NCBI GenBank assembly: GCA_004321885.1
Contig: SCQK01000008.1
Location: 1 to 44,042 of the forward strand
Origin: Patescibacteria group bacterium
GTDB taxonomy: Bacteria > Patescibacteriota > Patescibacteriia > Magasanikbacterales > GWA2-37-8
DNA: 44,042 bases
Reading direction: 5' to 3'
Shown: in pieces, positions 9,155 to 18,061 of the stretch
Position numbering within the stretch: position 1 is the stretch's first letter
Layout: each line of letters begins with the position of its first letter
Made by a program: the position numbers and the translations under genes
The notes under the pieces: generated by a model
Told to the model about the DNA's origin: nothing
The model's database searches: none
The model's input: only the letters and a program-made list of their open reading frames with translations

Positions 9155-9734
9155 AGTCGTCCAGGGTTTTCAAAATATTCGTTTTAAATTCCTCCATCGC
9201 GCCCGTATTCAAAATCGTGTAGTCGGCCATAGCGATGGGCCCGCTTTTTTCAATATTTTCAATTTCCGCGTAATCGCGCGAGCGCGCTTCTTCTTTGGAA
9301 AAATTGCGGTTGCGCAAGTCGGTATCGCCCGCGCCCATTTGTCTTTTGGAAATTCTTTCGTGCCGCAAAGCCGGCGGCGCGTACACGGCCATCACCGTCA
9401 GCCGAGCGCCGTAGTAATCCTTCAAAATTTTATATTCGCTCCAGCTGTACAAGCCGTCGGCCGCCAGATTTTGTTTTTCCAAAATCGCGTCAAATTTGGG
9501 CAGGTTTAATTTGGCGAAAGCGCCCATGCCGTGCTCCTTGCGCACGGCTTCGCGCACGGCTTTTTCATTGGCCTCGTTGATTTTCATGCCGCGTTCTTTC
9601 AAAATATCCAGCGTGATTTGCCCCAAACGCACGTAACCCCAGCCGCGGCTAACCAGTTCATCGGACAGGGTGCTTTTGCCGGCTCCGCACATGCCTACGA
9701 TGGCTATGATTTTACTTGCCCCACTCGCACACAT
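9129..9734 (-). CDS. P-loop nucleotide or nucleoside(-monophosphate) kinase family protein.
   Basis: Walker A motif IIAIVGMCGAGKST. It sits inside the thymidylate operon. The exact specificity is not determinable. Confidence 0.5.
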   Translation of the reverse strand: MCASGASKIIAIVGMCGAGKSTLSDELVSRGWGYVRLGQITLDILKERGMKINEANEKAVREAVRKEHGMGAFAKLNLPKFDAILEKQNLAADGLYSWSEYKILKDYYGARLTVMAVYAPPALRHERISKRQMGAGDTDLRNRNFSKEEARSRDYAEIENIEKSGPIAMADYTILNTGAMEEFKTNILKTLDDYASKNQTN

Positions 9735-10206
9735 ATTGTCTGTATTTTATTCCGGCCGCGTCAAACAAACGGCGGGCGGCGGCGAAAGCGTCCACGTCGT
9801 GATATTTGTCGCTTTCAAATATCACTTCAATGATGCCGTTTTGAATCATTGTTTTAGCGCATTCGTTGCAGGGGAAAAGCGTACAGTAGGTTTTGCAGCC
9901 GCGGGTGTCGTTGTTGGCGTTGTAAACGGCGTTTTCCTCGGCATGGCAGACATAGGCGTATTTGGTGTCTAGAAATCCGCCCTCGCGTTCCCACGGCAAT
10001 TTGTCGCTGGCTATGCCGCGCGGGAAGCCGTTGTAGCCCATGCCGACCACCACGTTATTTTTGTCAACGACCACGGCTCCGGCCTGGGTGGAAGGGTCTT
10101 TACTGCGCTCGGCGATGACGTGCGCCATGCGCATAAAACATTCGTCCCAGGAGATGCAATTTTCGCGGGCTGAAGTAGTCATATCTAGGTATATAGTGTT
10201 GGGCAT
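9712..10206 (-). CDS. dCMP deaminase (CMP/dCMP deaminase zinc-binding).
   Basis: HAEENA and PCNECA zinc motifs. The start is set at the ATG at 10204-10206; the ORF-track start at 10260 lies inside the upstream terminator. Confidence 0.75.
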   Translation of the reverse strand: MPNTIYLDMTTSARENCISWDECFMRMAHVIAERSKDPSTQAGAVVVDKNNVVVGMGYNGFPRGIASDKLPWEREGGFLDTKYAYVCHAEENAVYNANNDTRGCKTYCTLFPCNECAKTMIQNGIIEVIFESDKYHDVDAFAAARRLFDAAGIKYRQYVCEWGK

Positions 10207-10211
10207 TTTAA

Positions 10212-10242
10212 CAAAAAAGCCGGCTTTACGCAAGCCGGCCCG
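10212..10242 (-). terminator. Intrinsic terminator (gccggcttgcgtaaagccggc followed by tttttt on the minus strand), directly after the PEP-domain gene.
   Basis: The plus strand reads aaaaaagccggctttacgcaagccggc. The stop codon is embedded in the stem. Confidence 0.5.
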
Positions 10243-11305
10243 TGTCCCCGTCAACGTCAATTATATCGCCGTCCCTTATCTTTTTCATGGCGTCTTTTAC
10301 CCTCACCACGCAGGGCTTTTTCAGTTCGCGCGCCACAATGGCCGCGTGCGAAAGCAGTCCGCCCTGTTCGCAAACAATCGCCGCCGCTTTTTTCATGAGC
10401 GGCACATAGTCAACCGTGGTCATTTCGCAAACCAGCACCTCGCCGTCGTTAAATTCCGCGCCTTCGGCCTTGGCGACCAGCCGCGCCGGTCCACGTGCTC
10501 GCCCAGGACTGGCGCCGATGCCGTCAATGTCGGCCTTTGTTTTTGGAAAAATAGATGAAAAATTGTTATTAAACATTTTGTAAAGCACGCGATTGTAGTC
10601 AATGAAGGAAATGCCATTGTCAGGCCAGACGACAAATTCAAAATATCCTTTTAAATATCCTTGCGAAGTGAATTCGGCCTGGAGTTTTTCGCGCAAAAGC
10701 GTGTGTTTGTCGGCGGACACAAGCAAAAACCTCAGCGCCTCCATGGTCAGTTTTTTTATTTCAGCGTTGTTTTTTGAGTAAAGCCAATTGGCGAAATCAA
10801 AATAAAAAATGGTCGGCGGTTCCTCGTAGAACCCCTGGGTCAATTGCCAGTGTGCTCCTTTGGCGATTTCTCCCCAGACGCCTGAATCGGTGACTATAAA
10901 AATGGCTGAAAATAGTGTGTCGTCGTTGTGCGGTATCGCCTCGGCTTTATAATCGTCAGGGTTGATATCAAGAGAATTAAACCAGAGCAGGTTTTCTTTT
11001 AGAGTTTTTCCGCGAACGCGAAGTTTGGGCAAGCCCGGCTGCAACGGCACCAATCGCAGGGCGCATTTCTGGTTGCCTTTTCTCTTTAAAATATCAAAAA
11101 AAACAGCCGTTCGGTCAACGATATCCCGGGCTGTCATTTTTTCCGGCTTGTCGTACTTTATGCCCAAAATTTTATTTAAGATTTCCAGCCGGTCTCTTTT
11201 ATTGTTGTCCTCGTCTCGGAAAACGGCAAGATTGGAAAAATCAATTTTTTCCATCCACTCAGTTATTGAGGGCATCTGTTGGTCCGCTATCTCTTTGATG
11301 TTCAT
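10226..11305 (-). CDS. Protein with a C-terminal PEP-utilizing-enzyme 'mobile' phosphohistidine domain. The N-terminal 270 aa are unassigned.
   Basis: C-terminus …GGLLSHAAIVARELKKPCVV…, the conserved GGxxSHAAIxAREL motif. Confidence 0.6.
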   Translation of the reverse strand: MNIKEIADQQMPSITEWMEKIDFSNLAVFRDEDNNKRDRLEILNKILGIKYDKPEKMTARDIVDRTAVFFDILKRKGNQKCALRLVPLQPGLPKLRVRGKTLKENLLWFNSLDINPDDYKAEAIPHNDDTLFSAIFIVTDSGVWGEIAKGAHWQLTQGFYEEPPTIFYFDFANWLYSKNNAEIKKLTMEALRFLLVSADKHTLLREKLQAEFTSQGYLKGYFEFVVWPDNGISFIDYNRVLYKMFNNNFSSIFPKTKADIDGIGASPGRARGPARLVAKAEGAEFNDGEVLVCEMTTVDYVPLMKKAAAIVCEQGGLLSHAAIVARELKKPCVVRVKDAMKKIRDGDIIDVDGDTGRLA

Positions 11306-12374
11306 ACTTCGCTCGATTTTTATTCCGGTAATTTTCCACCTCGGCGATTATTTTTCTGGCTATTGATATTGGGTACGCCGGTCTCATGCTTATGCCTGTT
11401 TCGTGGCAGAGCATTATGCCGTCAACGCCGTCTAACACCATGTTGGTCAAATCGGATAACTCGCATCGCTGGGGGATGTAATTATGAATAGTACTTTCTA
11501 AAATTTGTGTGGCGATAATCAGCGGTTTGTTATTTTTTTTGCACAACGCGATCAGGTATTTTTGGTAAAGGCCAATTTTTTCAAAAGGGGCGTGTATGCC
11601 CAAATTTCCGCGCTCCATGAGTATCATATCGCCGTAGTTTATGATTTCAGGAGCGTTTTTAACGCCTTCTTCACTTTCAATTTTTAAAATGATTTTCGGT
11701 TTTACGTTCCAGGACAATTTTTCAATCGCCGTTTTGTATTTTTCGGCGATAATTGCGCTGTCCACGAAGGGGCAAGCGATATAATTAGGGTCGAGCGAAA
11801 TCAGTTTGGGCAGAATTTTTTCTTCCAGCTGGCGTATGTGTTCCTCCATGTTGTAGGGATTGTCTTGCACGTTTATGCCTTTGTATCGCAAAATAGTTCC
11901 GGAGTTTAAAACGAGGCATTCCAAGGAGTCGCTGGAAAGGACGCTAATAATTTTGATAGCGACTTCTCCCTCGTCAATTACAATGGTTTGTTCCGGGAAG
12001 AGCTCGTTGCCCGCGTTCGGCAGCTGAACGGGCAAAAAGACGATAGGGTCGTCGCTGTAGGAGGCTGTTTTCAGTATTATCTTGTCGCCTTCCTGAACGG
12101 TAAAAGTTTTTTGCGGAAAATCTCCCAGCCGTATTTTCGGATTTGGCAAATCAATAAGAATTTTTGTACTGCTGTTCAGTTCGCTTATGACGTTTTGGGT
12201 AAGGCGGATTGATTCCATTTTTTCTTCGGCCGTGCCGTAAGAAAAATTGAAGCGCAGTACGTCACTGCCGGAAAGAATCATTTTTTTTAAAATGTTGAGG
12301 TTGGAAGACAGGTGAGAGGCCGTAGCTATAATAAGCATAGATTTTATTTTTGTCTGCGATGATGCGACTGCCAC
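11259..12374 (-). CDS. pyk: Pyruvate kinase, short form (barrel domain only, no C-terminal regulatory domain).
   Basis: …LRFNFSYGT…DLPNPKIRLGDF… and …DGIMLCHETGISMRPAYPI…. Confidence 0.75.
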   Translation of the reverse strand: MAVASSQTKIKSMLIIATASHLSSNLNILKKMILSGSDVLRFNFSYGTAEEKMESIRLTQNVISELNSSTKILIDLPNPKIRLGDFPQKTFTVQEGDKIILKTASYSDDPIVFLPVQLPNAGNELFPEQTIVIDEGEVAIKIISVLSSDSLECLVLNSGTILRYKGINVQDNPYNMEEHIRQLEEKILPKLISLDPNYIACPFVDSAIIAEKYKTAIEKLSWNVKPKIILKIESEEGVKNAPEIINYGDMILMERGNLGIHAPFEKIGLYQKYLIALCKKNNKPLIIATQILESTIHNYIPQRCELSDLTNMVLDGVDGIMLCHETGISMRPAYPISIARKIIAEVENYRNKNRAKYEHQRDSGPTDALNN

Positions 12375-12964
12375 TCTTTAATTGATTTTTTCATCAGGCT
12401 CCAAAAGGGGAATCTTTTCCAGTCAAATTTTTCTTTTATCAGCAATTCGTTGGCTATCAGGCGGCGCATGTATTGGCTGATTATCAGGGGCTGTTTCCAA
12501 AAATAAATTTTTTTGTTTTCCTCAAGTAATAAGTAAGAAGGATTGTCTTTGACTTGAAACCCGAGTTCTTTGTAGTTTTTTAATACTGTCGCTTTCCCCA
12601 GATGGGATTCTATTTTTTTGCGCAACGGGATGTTGAAAGGTAGTATGTGGAAGTGGGCGTGTTCAACGCAACATCCGCCTTTATCGTCATATGACGCCCC
12701 GTGTTCAAAGCAAATATAGTTGCGATAGTTTTTTTTCTTTATAAATTTTTCGGTCTCAGTTTTTATTTCTATAAATTGGTTGTATACTTTCGGTTCATTT
12801 AAAAAACTGCCGATCGCCCGTTGGTGAGCATGAGAAATTATTAGAAAATAATAAGGTAAAAAGGAACCCTTGGCCGGCGCAAGATAAAAATGGTTATTTT
12901 CAGTGATTTTTTCTTTGGTTAGTATTTTATGGTCGCAGAATGGACATTCCATAGAGCAAAACAC
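12344..12964 (-). CDS. HIT-superfamily protein, possibly of the GalT/Ap4A-phosphorylase branch.
   Basis: N-terminal CPFC zinc knuckle and the histidine triad HAHFHILP. Confidence 0.45.
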   Translation of the reverse strand: MFCSMECPFCDHKILTKEKITENNHFYLAPAKGSFLPYYFLIISHAHQRAIGSFLNEPKVYNQFIEIKTETEKFIKKKNYRNYICFEHGASYDDKGGCCVEHAHFHILPFNIPLRKKIESHLGKATVLKNYKELGFQVKDNPSYLLLEENKKIYFWKQPLIISQYMRRLIANELLIKEKFDWKRFPFWSLMKKSIKEWQSHHRRQK

Positions 12965-12990
12965 CCCCTTGCGGGGGTGCCTTGTTTTAA
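12965..12990 (-). terminator. Hairpin cacccccgcaagggggtg followed by ttttg (minus strand), after rplA.
   Basis: Inverted repeat immediately 3' of the rplA stop. Confidence 0.45.
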
Positions 12991-13664
12991 TTGCTTGAAA
13001 CTTTTATAGCCGGCCCCATCGCCGAGCAAATGATGAAGTTCTTAATGAACGCACCTTTGGCCGACGCCGGCTTGGCTTTTTTGAGAGCGTCCAGAAAGGC
13101 CGTGAGATTTTCGGCCAGCTGGGTTTCGCTGAAGCTGGCCTTGCCGATGAGTTGGTGCACGTTGCCGGTATCGTCGTTTTTGAAAGTTACCTTGCCTTTT
13201 TTCAATTCCTCTATCATTTTTTTCAGGTTTGGGCCCACGGTGTCGGTTTTAGGGTTCGGCATCAAACCCTTAGGGCCGAGTATTTTGGCGATTTGGGCCA
13301 GTTTGGGCATCAGGTCTGGAGTGGTTACCGCGACTTCAAATTCAATCTTGCCCGTGTCTTTTATTTTTTTAATTTCTTCTTCGCCGTAGACAAAGTCGGC
13401 TCCGGCTTCTTTGGCTTCTTTTTCTTTGTCCGGCGCCACGAAAGCGGCGATGGTTTTGGTTTTGCCGGTGCCGTGCGGCAAGACCACGGTAGCGCGCACC
13501 TGTTGCTCGCTTTTTTTGGTGTCAATGCCTAATTTGGCGTGCGCTTCCACCGAGGCGTCAAATTTAACATTGGCGGTTTCCTTTACCAATTTCACGGCTT
13601 CCTCCACGCCGTACTGCTTGTTTTTTTCCACTTTCGCCTTGAGGGCGGACATCCGTTTGGACAT
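12987..13664 (-). CDS. rplA: 50S ribosomal protein L1.
   Basis: Full-length L1 similarity (…VVLPHGTGK…GLMPNPK…). Confidence 0.9.
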   Translation of the reverse strand: MSKRMSALKAKVEKNKQYGVEEAVKLVKETANVKFDASVEAHAKLGIDTKKSEQQVRATVVLPHGTGKTKTIAAFVAPDKEKEAKEAGADFVYGEEEIKKIKDTGKIEFEVAVTTPDLMPKLAQIAKILGPKGLMPNPKTDTVGPNLKKMIEELKKGKVTFKNDDTGNVHQLIGKASFSETQLAENLTAFLDALKKAKPASAKGAFIKNFIICSAMGPAIKVSSN

Positions 13665-13831
13665 AAATATTGTTCTGGATTCCGGTCGCCTGCGGCGACT
13701 GGAATGACAGAGTAATGTGGTGCAAACTCCCGACTGAATCGGGATCCCACGTTGCCCCGATTATATAATAAAGAAGGTTGTTTTGTCAAGATGTTGCGAA
13801 AAAGCGCGTTTTAGGTTAGAATATTGAAAAT

Positions 13832-14575
13832 ATGCTCACGAATATCATATTAGCTAACGTGTTGATGGGGCTTGTCGGAGTTGTCGGGGCTTACGTCGCC
13901 GTCAGATTTTTGGCGAAAAATCATGACCGTCTGGTTTTTTTGGTAAGCTTTGCCGCCGGGTCGCTTATCGCCGTTTCGTTTTTTGACCTCTTGCCCGAAG
14001 CGGTAGAAGCCCACGGCGATTTGGGCGTTATTTTGCAGTTTGTGGTGGCCGGTATTTTAATTTTTTTGCTTATTGAAAAAGCCCTCCTTTATTATCATTG
14101 TCATGACGTGGATTGTCACGAGCATGGCACGACGGGGATGATAATTTTGGGCGACAGCTTTCACAATTTTTTGGATGGCGTGGCTATCGCCGGCAGTTTT
14201 TTGGCTGGCTGGCAGGTAGGCATTTTTACCACGTTGGCTATTATTATCCACGAAATACCGCAGGAAGTCGGCGATATGGGGGTGCTGATGCACGGCGGTT
14301 ACAGCCGCGCCAAAGCCCTGGCCTACAATTTTCTTTCCGCTCTGACCGCGATTTTGGGCGGTCTTATCGGTTATTATTTTCTGCGTCAGTTTGAGCAGTT
14401 TATTCCGTATATTTTGGCGTTGGTCGCCGGCGGCTTCATATATATAGCCGCGGCCGATTTATTGCCGAAGCTCAATCACGCCAACGATAGCCGGTGGAAA
14501 ATATTTTTGAACAGCTTGTGTGTGGTTTCGGGCGTGGCGGTTATCTGGCTGCTCGCGAAGTTCGTTGGAGAATAA
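13832..14575 (+). CDS. zupT: ZIP-family metal (zinc) transporter.
   Basis: HNFLDG and HEIPQEVGD motifs and several TM segments. Confidence 0.8.
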   Translation: MLTNIILANVLMGLVGVVGAYVAVRFLAKNHDRLVFLVSFAAGSLIAVSFFDLLPEAVEAHGDLGVILQFVVAGILIFLLIEKALLYYHCHDVDCHEHGTTGMIILGDSFHNFLDGVAIAGSFLAGWQVGIFTTLAIIIHEIPQEVGDMGVLMHGGYSRAKALAYNFLSALTAILGGLIGYYFLRQFEQFIPYILALVAGGFIYIAAADLLPKLNHANDSRWKIFLNSLCVVSGVAVIWLLAKFVGE

Positions 14576-14843
14576 TTTTTTCTTTGGAAAATTTAAGCCC
14601 TTCTTTTTTGAGCAAATTGATTTTTTCGGAGATGCCGCGGTTGAAGCCGCGCATTTTTTTATCCGAGCCGACCACGCGATGGCAGGGGATTCCGGGGTCA
14701 GAATTTTTATTGAGGATATTGCCAACGGCGCGGTAAGCGCGAGGACTGCCGGCGCGGACAGCGACTTGTTTGTACGTCAAAGTTTTCCCTTTCGGAATTT
14801 TAGCGACTATGGCCAAAACTTTTTGCTTAAAAGTTTTATTCAT
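14541..14843 (-). CDS. Methylated-DNA-protein-cysteine methyltransferase, DNA-binding/active-site domain only (MGMT-like, 100 aa).
   Basis: Active-site PCHRVV. Convergent 35-nt overlap with zupT. Confidence 0.7.
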   Translation of the reverse strand: MNKTFKQKVLAIVAKIPKGKTLTYKQVAVRAGSPRAYRAVGNILNKNSDPGIPCHRVVGSDKKMRGFNRGISEKINLLKKEGLKFSKEKIILQRTSRAAR

Positions 14844-14888
14844 ACAGATATTGTAACATTAAATAAAGCGTGATAAAATAATTGCCAT

Positions 14889-16142
14889 ATGCGCTACTCG
14901 CAACTTTTCGGGAAAACCAGTAAAACTGCGCCGGCCGACGCCGACAGCGTCAATGCCCAGCTCTTAACCAAGGGCGGGTTTATTGCCAAGCAGATGGCCG
15001 GTGTTTATAATTATCTGCCGTTGGGGCTTCGTGTTTTAACAAAAATTCAAAATATCATCCGTGAGGAGATGAACGCAATCGGCGGAAATGAAATACTGAT
15101 GCCCGCGTTGACGTTGGAAGAAAGTTATAAAGAAACCGGAAGAGACGTCGTCTTGGCCGATATACTTTTTAAGAGCGAAGGCCGTGATGGAAGCAAAATG
15201 GTTCTCAATCCAACCTGCGAAGAAGTAATTACGCCGCTGGTAAAAAAATTTGTCTTTTCCCATCGCGATTTGCCGCTGGCGGTCTACCAGATACAAAACA
15301 AGTTTCGCAACGAGCCGCGCGCCAAATCCGGTTTGCTTCGCGGGCGCGAATTCAACATGAAGGATTTGTATTCTTTTCATAAAGACGAAAATGATTTGAA
15401 TGAGTATTATGAAAAAGCCAAGCAAGCGTATTTTAATATCTACAATCGCGTGGGGTTGGGTGATATTACCGTCTTAACTTATGCTTCCGGCGGGGCTTTC
15501 AGCAAATACTCTCATGAGTTTCAAACTTTAACCGATATCGGCGAGGACACGATTTATTTGTGCGAGAAATGCAAAGTGGCCGTAAATAAAGAAATTATTG
15601 ACGAGCAAAAAGCCTGTCCTTCTTGCGGAAATAAAAAATTGATTGAACAAAAAGCTGTTGAAGTCGGTAATATCTTTAAATTGCGGACGAAGTTTTCCGA
15701 TGCTTTTTCATTTTATTATGCTGATGAAAACGGCAAGCAAAAAATAGTTGAAATGGGGACGTATGGTATTGGCCCGTCGCGACTGATGGGCGCGCTGGTG
15801 GAAGTTTTCCACGATGACAAGGGAATAATTTGGCCCGAAGCCGTGGCGCCGTATCAATATCATTTGCTCACTATCGGCAAAGAAGCTGAAGCGGCCAAAG
15901 CCGGCGAGAAGTTATACGCCGATTTGCTGAAAAAAGATACGGAAGTGTTGTATGACGACCGCGACGCTTCGCCCGGCGCCAAACTGGCAGACGCCGACCT
16001 GCTCGGCATCCCCACGCGTTTGGTAATATCAAAAAAGACATTAGAAAAAAATAGTGTGGAAGTGAAGAAAAGAAATGAGAAGGAAGCGAAATTGGTCGCG
16101 CTGTCTGTCATTGCGAGCGAAGCGAAGCAATCCCAAACTTAA
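14889..16142 (+). CDS. proS: Prolyl-tRNA synthetase, compact form of 417 aa with no editing insertion. It carries a Cys4 insert (CEKC…CPSC).
   Basis: N-terminus MRYSQLFGKT…, class II motifs. The last 14 codons are supplied by a P3 repeat element. Confidence 0.85.
   Translation: MRYSQLFGKTSKTAPADADSVNAQLLTKGGFIAKQMAGVYNYLPLGLRVLTKIQNIIREEMNAIGGNEILMPALTLEESYKETGRDVVLADILFKSEGRDGSKMVLNPTCEEVITPLVKKFVFSHRDLPLAVYQIQNKFRNEPRAKSGLLRGREFNMKDLYSFHKDENDLNEYYEKAKQAYFNIYNRVGLGDITVLTYASGGAFSKYSHEFQTLTDIGEDTIYLCEKCKVAVNKEIIDEQKACPSCGNKKLIEQKAVEVGNIFKLRTKFSDAFSFYYADENGKQKIVEMGTYGIGPSRLMGALVEVFHDDKGIIWPEAVAPYQYHLLTIGKEAEAAKAGEKLYADLLKKDTEVLYDDRDASPGAKLADADLLGIPTRLVISKKTLEKNSVEVKKRNEKEAKLVALSVIASEAKQSQT
16098..16137. 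repeat. P3-family half element (gtcattgcgagcgaagcgaagcaatccc) forming the 3' end of proS.
   Basis: It matches the left arms at 17556, 17650, 18522, 21402 and 40884. Confidence 0.65.
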
Positions 16143-16158
16143 TGTGTTAAACCCTCCT

Positions 16159-17553
16159 ATGTCCGAACTCAAACCACCCTCCACGGAAGAATTGGCAAAA
16201 ATGCAAGAATTGGCAGAAACGCTTAGAAAGACGGTTGAGGAAGAGCGGCAGAAACCCCCGCAAAGGTATAGAAAGTTCAGCCTGGCGGAAAAAAATGCTC
16301 AAAGCGAAGAGGACAAGAAAACGGGAGTCGAGGATTTTTTTAGCAATCCGGCTTTGAAGATATCGGAAACGTCGGATAACGATCCTGATGCCGACAAAAT
16401 TTTGTCCTCTCTATCTCTTCTCCCCGAGTCCTTCCAGGTGCTTTGGGACAAAATGGGCGGCTCGTCACCCGTCAACGCCGGTTCCAGCGAACGGAAGCAA
16501 ATAGAATTCTTGGAATTTATCGACGAAATCAAGGATTCCCACTTTTTATCCCTCTTCCAGCACTTTTTAGATAGTAACACCTGGTCTCTCCAGGAATACG
16601 CCCAAAAAATTACCTCGTTTTCTCAAAATCGAGCCATCACCCTCACAACCAAAGAAGCCGAGCAGGCCACGATTTTTCAAACCACCAATGAAGACCAAAC
16701 ATTTCAAACCAAATCCAAAAAAGAACAGCAAGAAATTATAGACCAGGCCAAAACCGAGGCCCAGGAAGCCGCGGAACTGGGCATGGAAATGCTCCTTATC
16801 GCCGCGGACAAAAAAGCCCAGGGGATGGTTGAAAAAGTCATCAGCAACCAAATCAATATTGACACCAAAGAAGGAAAAGAAGAATTTATCAAACAATGGC
16901 AAGAACAATGCCCCAACACCCCCATGCCGGCCGTGCCGGGCAAGAGCTGGGGTTGGAATTACTTGTCTTGGCTGAAAAACAATAAGGTTGTCAGCAACCT
17001 GGAACCGGAAGCAGATCAAGTAGACGAGCCTCAGCCAATCAAACCCCGATTCCATCGGCACCAAACACTCTGGGTGGACAAATGGCAAGAAGAAGATTAC
17101 AACGCGCCCCAAGCACAGGCCTCGCATACCTCCACTCTCGTCAAGCAATTCTTTCCGGAAAGAAACAGCGATAGAGTGGTTGAAATCAACAGAGAAGCAA
17201 TAGATCAAGCCCTGTGGGAAATTCCCATGCGTTGGGGAGGGCAACCCCCTCGCCGGATAAAATCCAAGGATCATGAAGAGTTTTTGCGTCAACATGGCTT
17301 CAACCCCGACGAATACGAACTGCGCCTCATAATCCACGACGAATACGCTCGCGGAGCCGGTGTCAAAAACTGGGGACAAAAAAATTTCTGGACCCATTTT
17401 GACCATTATTTTCTTGGGGACGACGGCGAGCGCGACGGTCTGAGTGGCGGGCGCCGCGACTCTGGCGGGCCTTCCCATGTGGACGCCTACTGGCGTGACG
17501 ATACGGATGGCTATCTCGGTGTCCGTCTGGTTCTCTCGCGCATACAAAAGTAA
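16159..17553 (+). CDS. Hypothetical protein of about 465 aa; acidic, with coiled-coil in the N-terminal half and no recognised domain.
   Basis: Long clean ORF; the 326-aa minus-strand ORF across it is shadow. The start is uncertain between ATGs at 16159 and 16201; there is no obvious SD. Confidence 0.45.
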   Translation: MSELKPPSTEELAKMQELAETLRKTVEEERQKPPQRYRKFSLAEKNAQSEEDKKTGVEDFFSNPALKISETSDNDPDADKILSSLSLLPESFQVLWDKMGGSSPVNAGSSERKQIEFLEFIDEIKDSHFLSLFQHFLDSNTWSLQEYAQKITSFSQNRAITLTTKEAEQATIFQTTNEDQTFQTKSKKEQQEIIDQAKTEAQEAAELGMEMLLIAADKKAQGMVEKVISNQINIDTKEGKEEFIKQWQEQCPNTPMPAVPGKSWGWNYLSWLKNNKVVSNLEPEADQVDEPQPIKPRFHRHQTLWVDKWQEEDYNAPQAQASHTSTLVKQFFPERNSDRVVEINREAIDQALWEIPMRWGGQPPRRIKSKDHEEFLRQHGFNPDEYELRLIIHDEYARGAGVKNWGQKNFWTHFDHYFLGDDGERDGLSGGRRDSGGPSHVDAYWRDDTDGYLGVRLVLSRIQK

Positions 17554-17555
17554 CT

Positions 17556-17642
17556 GTCATTGCGAGCGAGTCGCAGACGAGCGCGGCAATCCCATTCGTG
17601 TTTGGGGTTGCTTCACTCCACTTCGTTCCGTTCGCAATGACA
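17556..17642. repeat. Complete P3 MITE-like palindrome (gtcattgcgag…cgcggcaatccc / ggggttgcttc…cgcaatgac).
   Basis: Solo copy with both arms present. Confidence 0.65.
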
Positions 17643-17649
17643 ATCGTCT

Positions 17650-18056
17650 GTCATTGCGAGGTCGCCTGCGGCGACCGAAGCAATCCCATACAATCAAGTA
17701 TGCCGAAACGCAAGCAGTATTATGTTTACATAATGACCAACAAGAATAATACTGTTTTGTATACCGGTGTTACCAACAGTTTAGTCCGTAGAGCCTACGA
17801 ACACAAAAGCAAGTTCAGTTTTTATGAAAGTTTTACAAAAAAATACAATATCAATAAACTCGTCTATTACGAATGTTTTGATAATGTGAATAACGCGATT
17901 ACCAGAGAAAAACAGATAAAAGCCGGTTCGCGAAAAAAGAAAATAGATCTAATCAATAAAATGAATCCTATTTGGCGGGATTTGTATGGAGAACTTTACC
18001 CTGATTAGGGATGGGATTGCTTCGTCGGTCGCCTGCGGCGACCTCCTCGCAATGAC
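17650..18056 (+). mobile_element. GIY-YIG nuclease gene enclosed by P3-type terminal inverted repeats: IR-L 17650-17687, CDS 17700-18008, IR-R 18013-18056.
   Basis: IR-L is gtcattgcgag-gtcgcctgcggcgac-cgaagcaatccc. IR-R is gggattgcttcg…gtcgcctgcggcgacc…ctcgcaatgac, its near-exact reverse complement, including the shared core gtcgcctgcggcgac. Confidence 0.5.
17700..18008 (+). CDS. Small GIY-YIG nuclease-superfamily protein (YhbQ/UPF0213-like, about 102 aa).
   Basis: YYVYIMTNKNNTVLYTGVTNSLVRRAYEH, the GIY-YIG core. The ORF-track start at 17598 lies inside repeat DNA; the ATG at 17700 is taken as the start. Confidence 0.7.
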   Translation: MPKRKQYYVYIMTNKNNTVLYTGVTNSLVRRAYEHKSKFSFYESFTKKYNINKLVYYECFDNVNNAITREKQIKAGSRKKKIDLINKMNPIWRDLYGELYPD

Positions 18057-18061
18057 AGTAA

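Noticed and set aside
16567-17547. A 326-aa minus-strand ORF antisense to the 465-aa hypothetical gene.
   Set aside because: It is Gly/Arg/Pro-rich with low-complexity shadow composition and lies opposite a clean coding frame. It is a typical antisense artefact.
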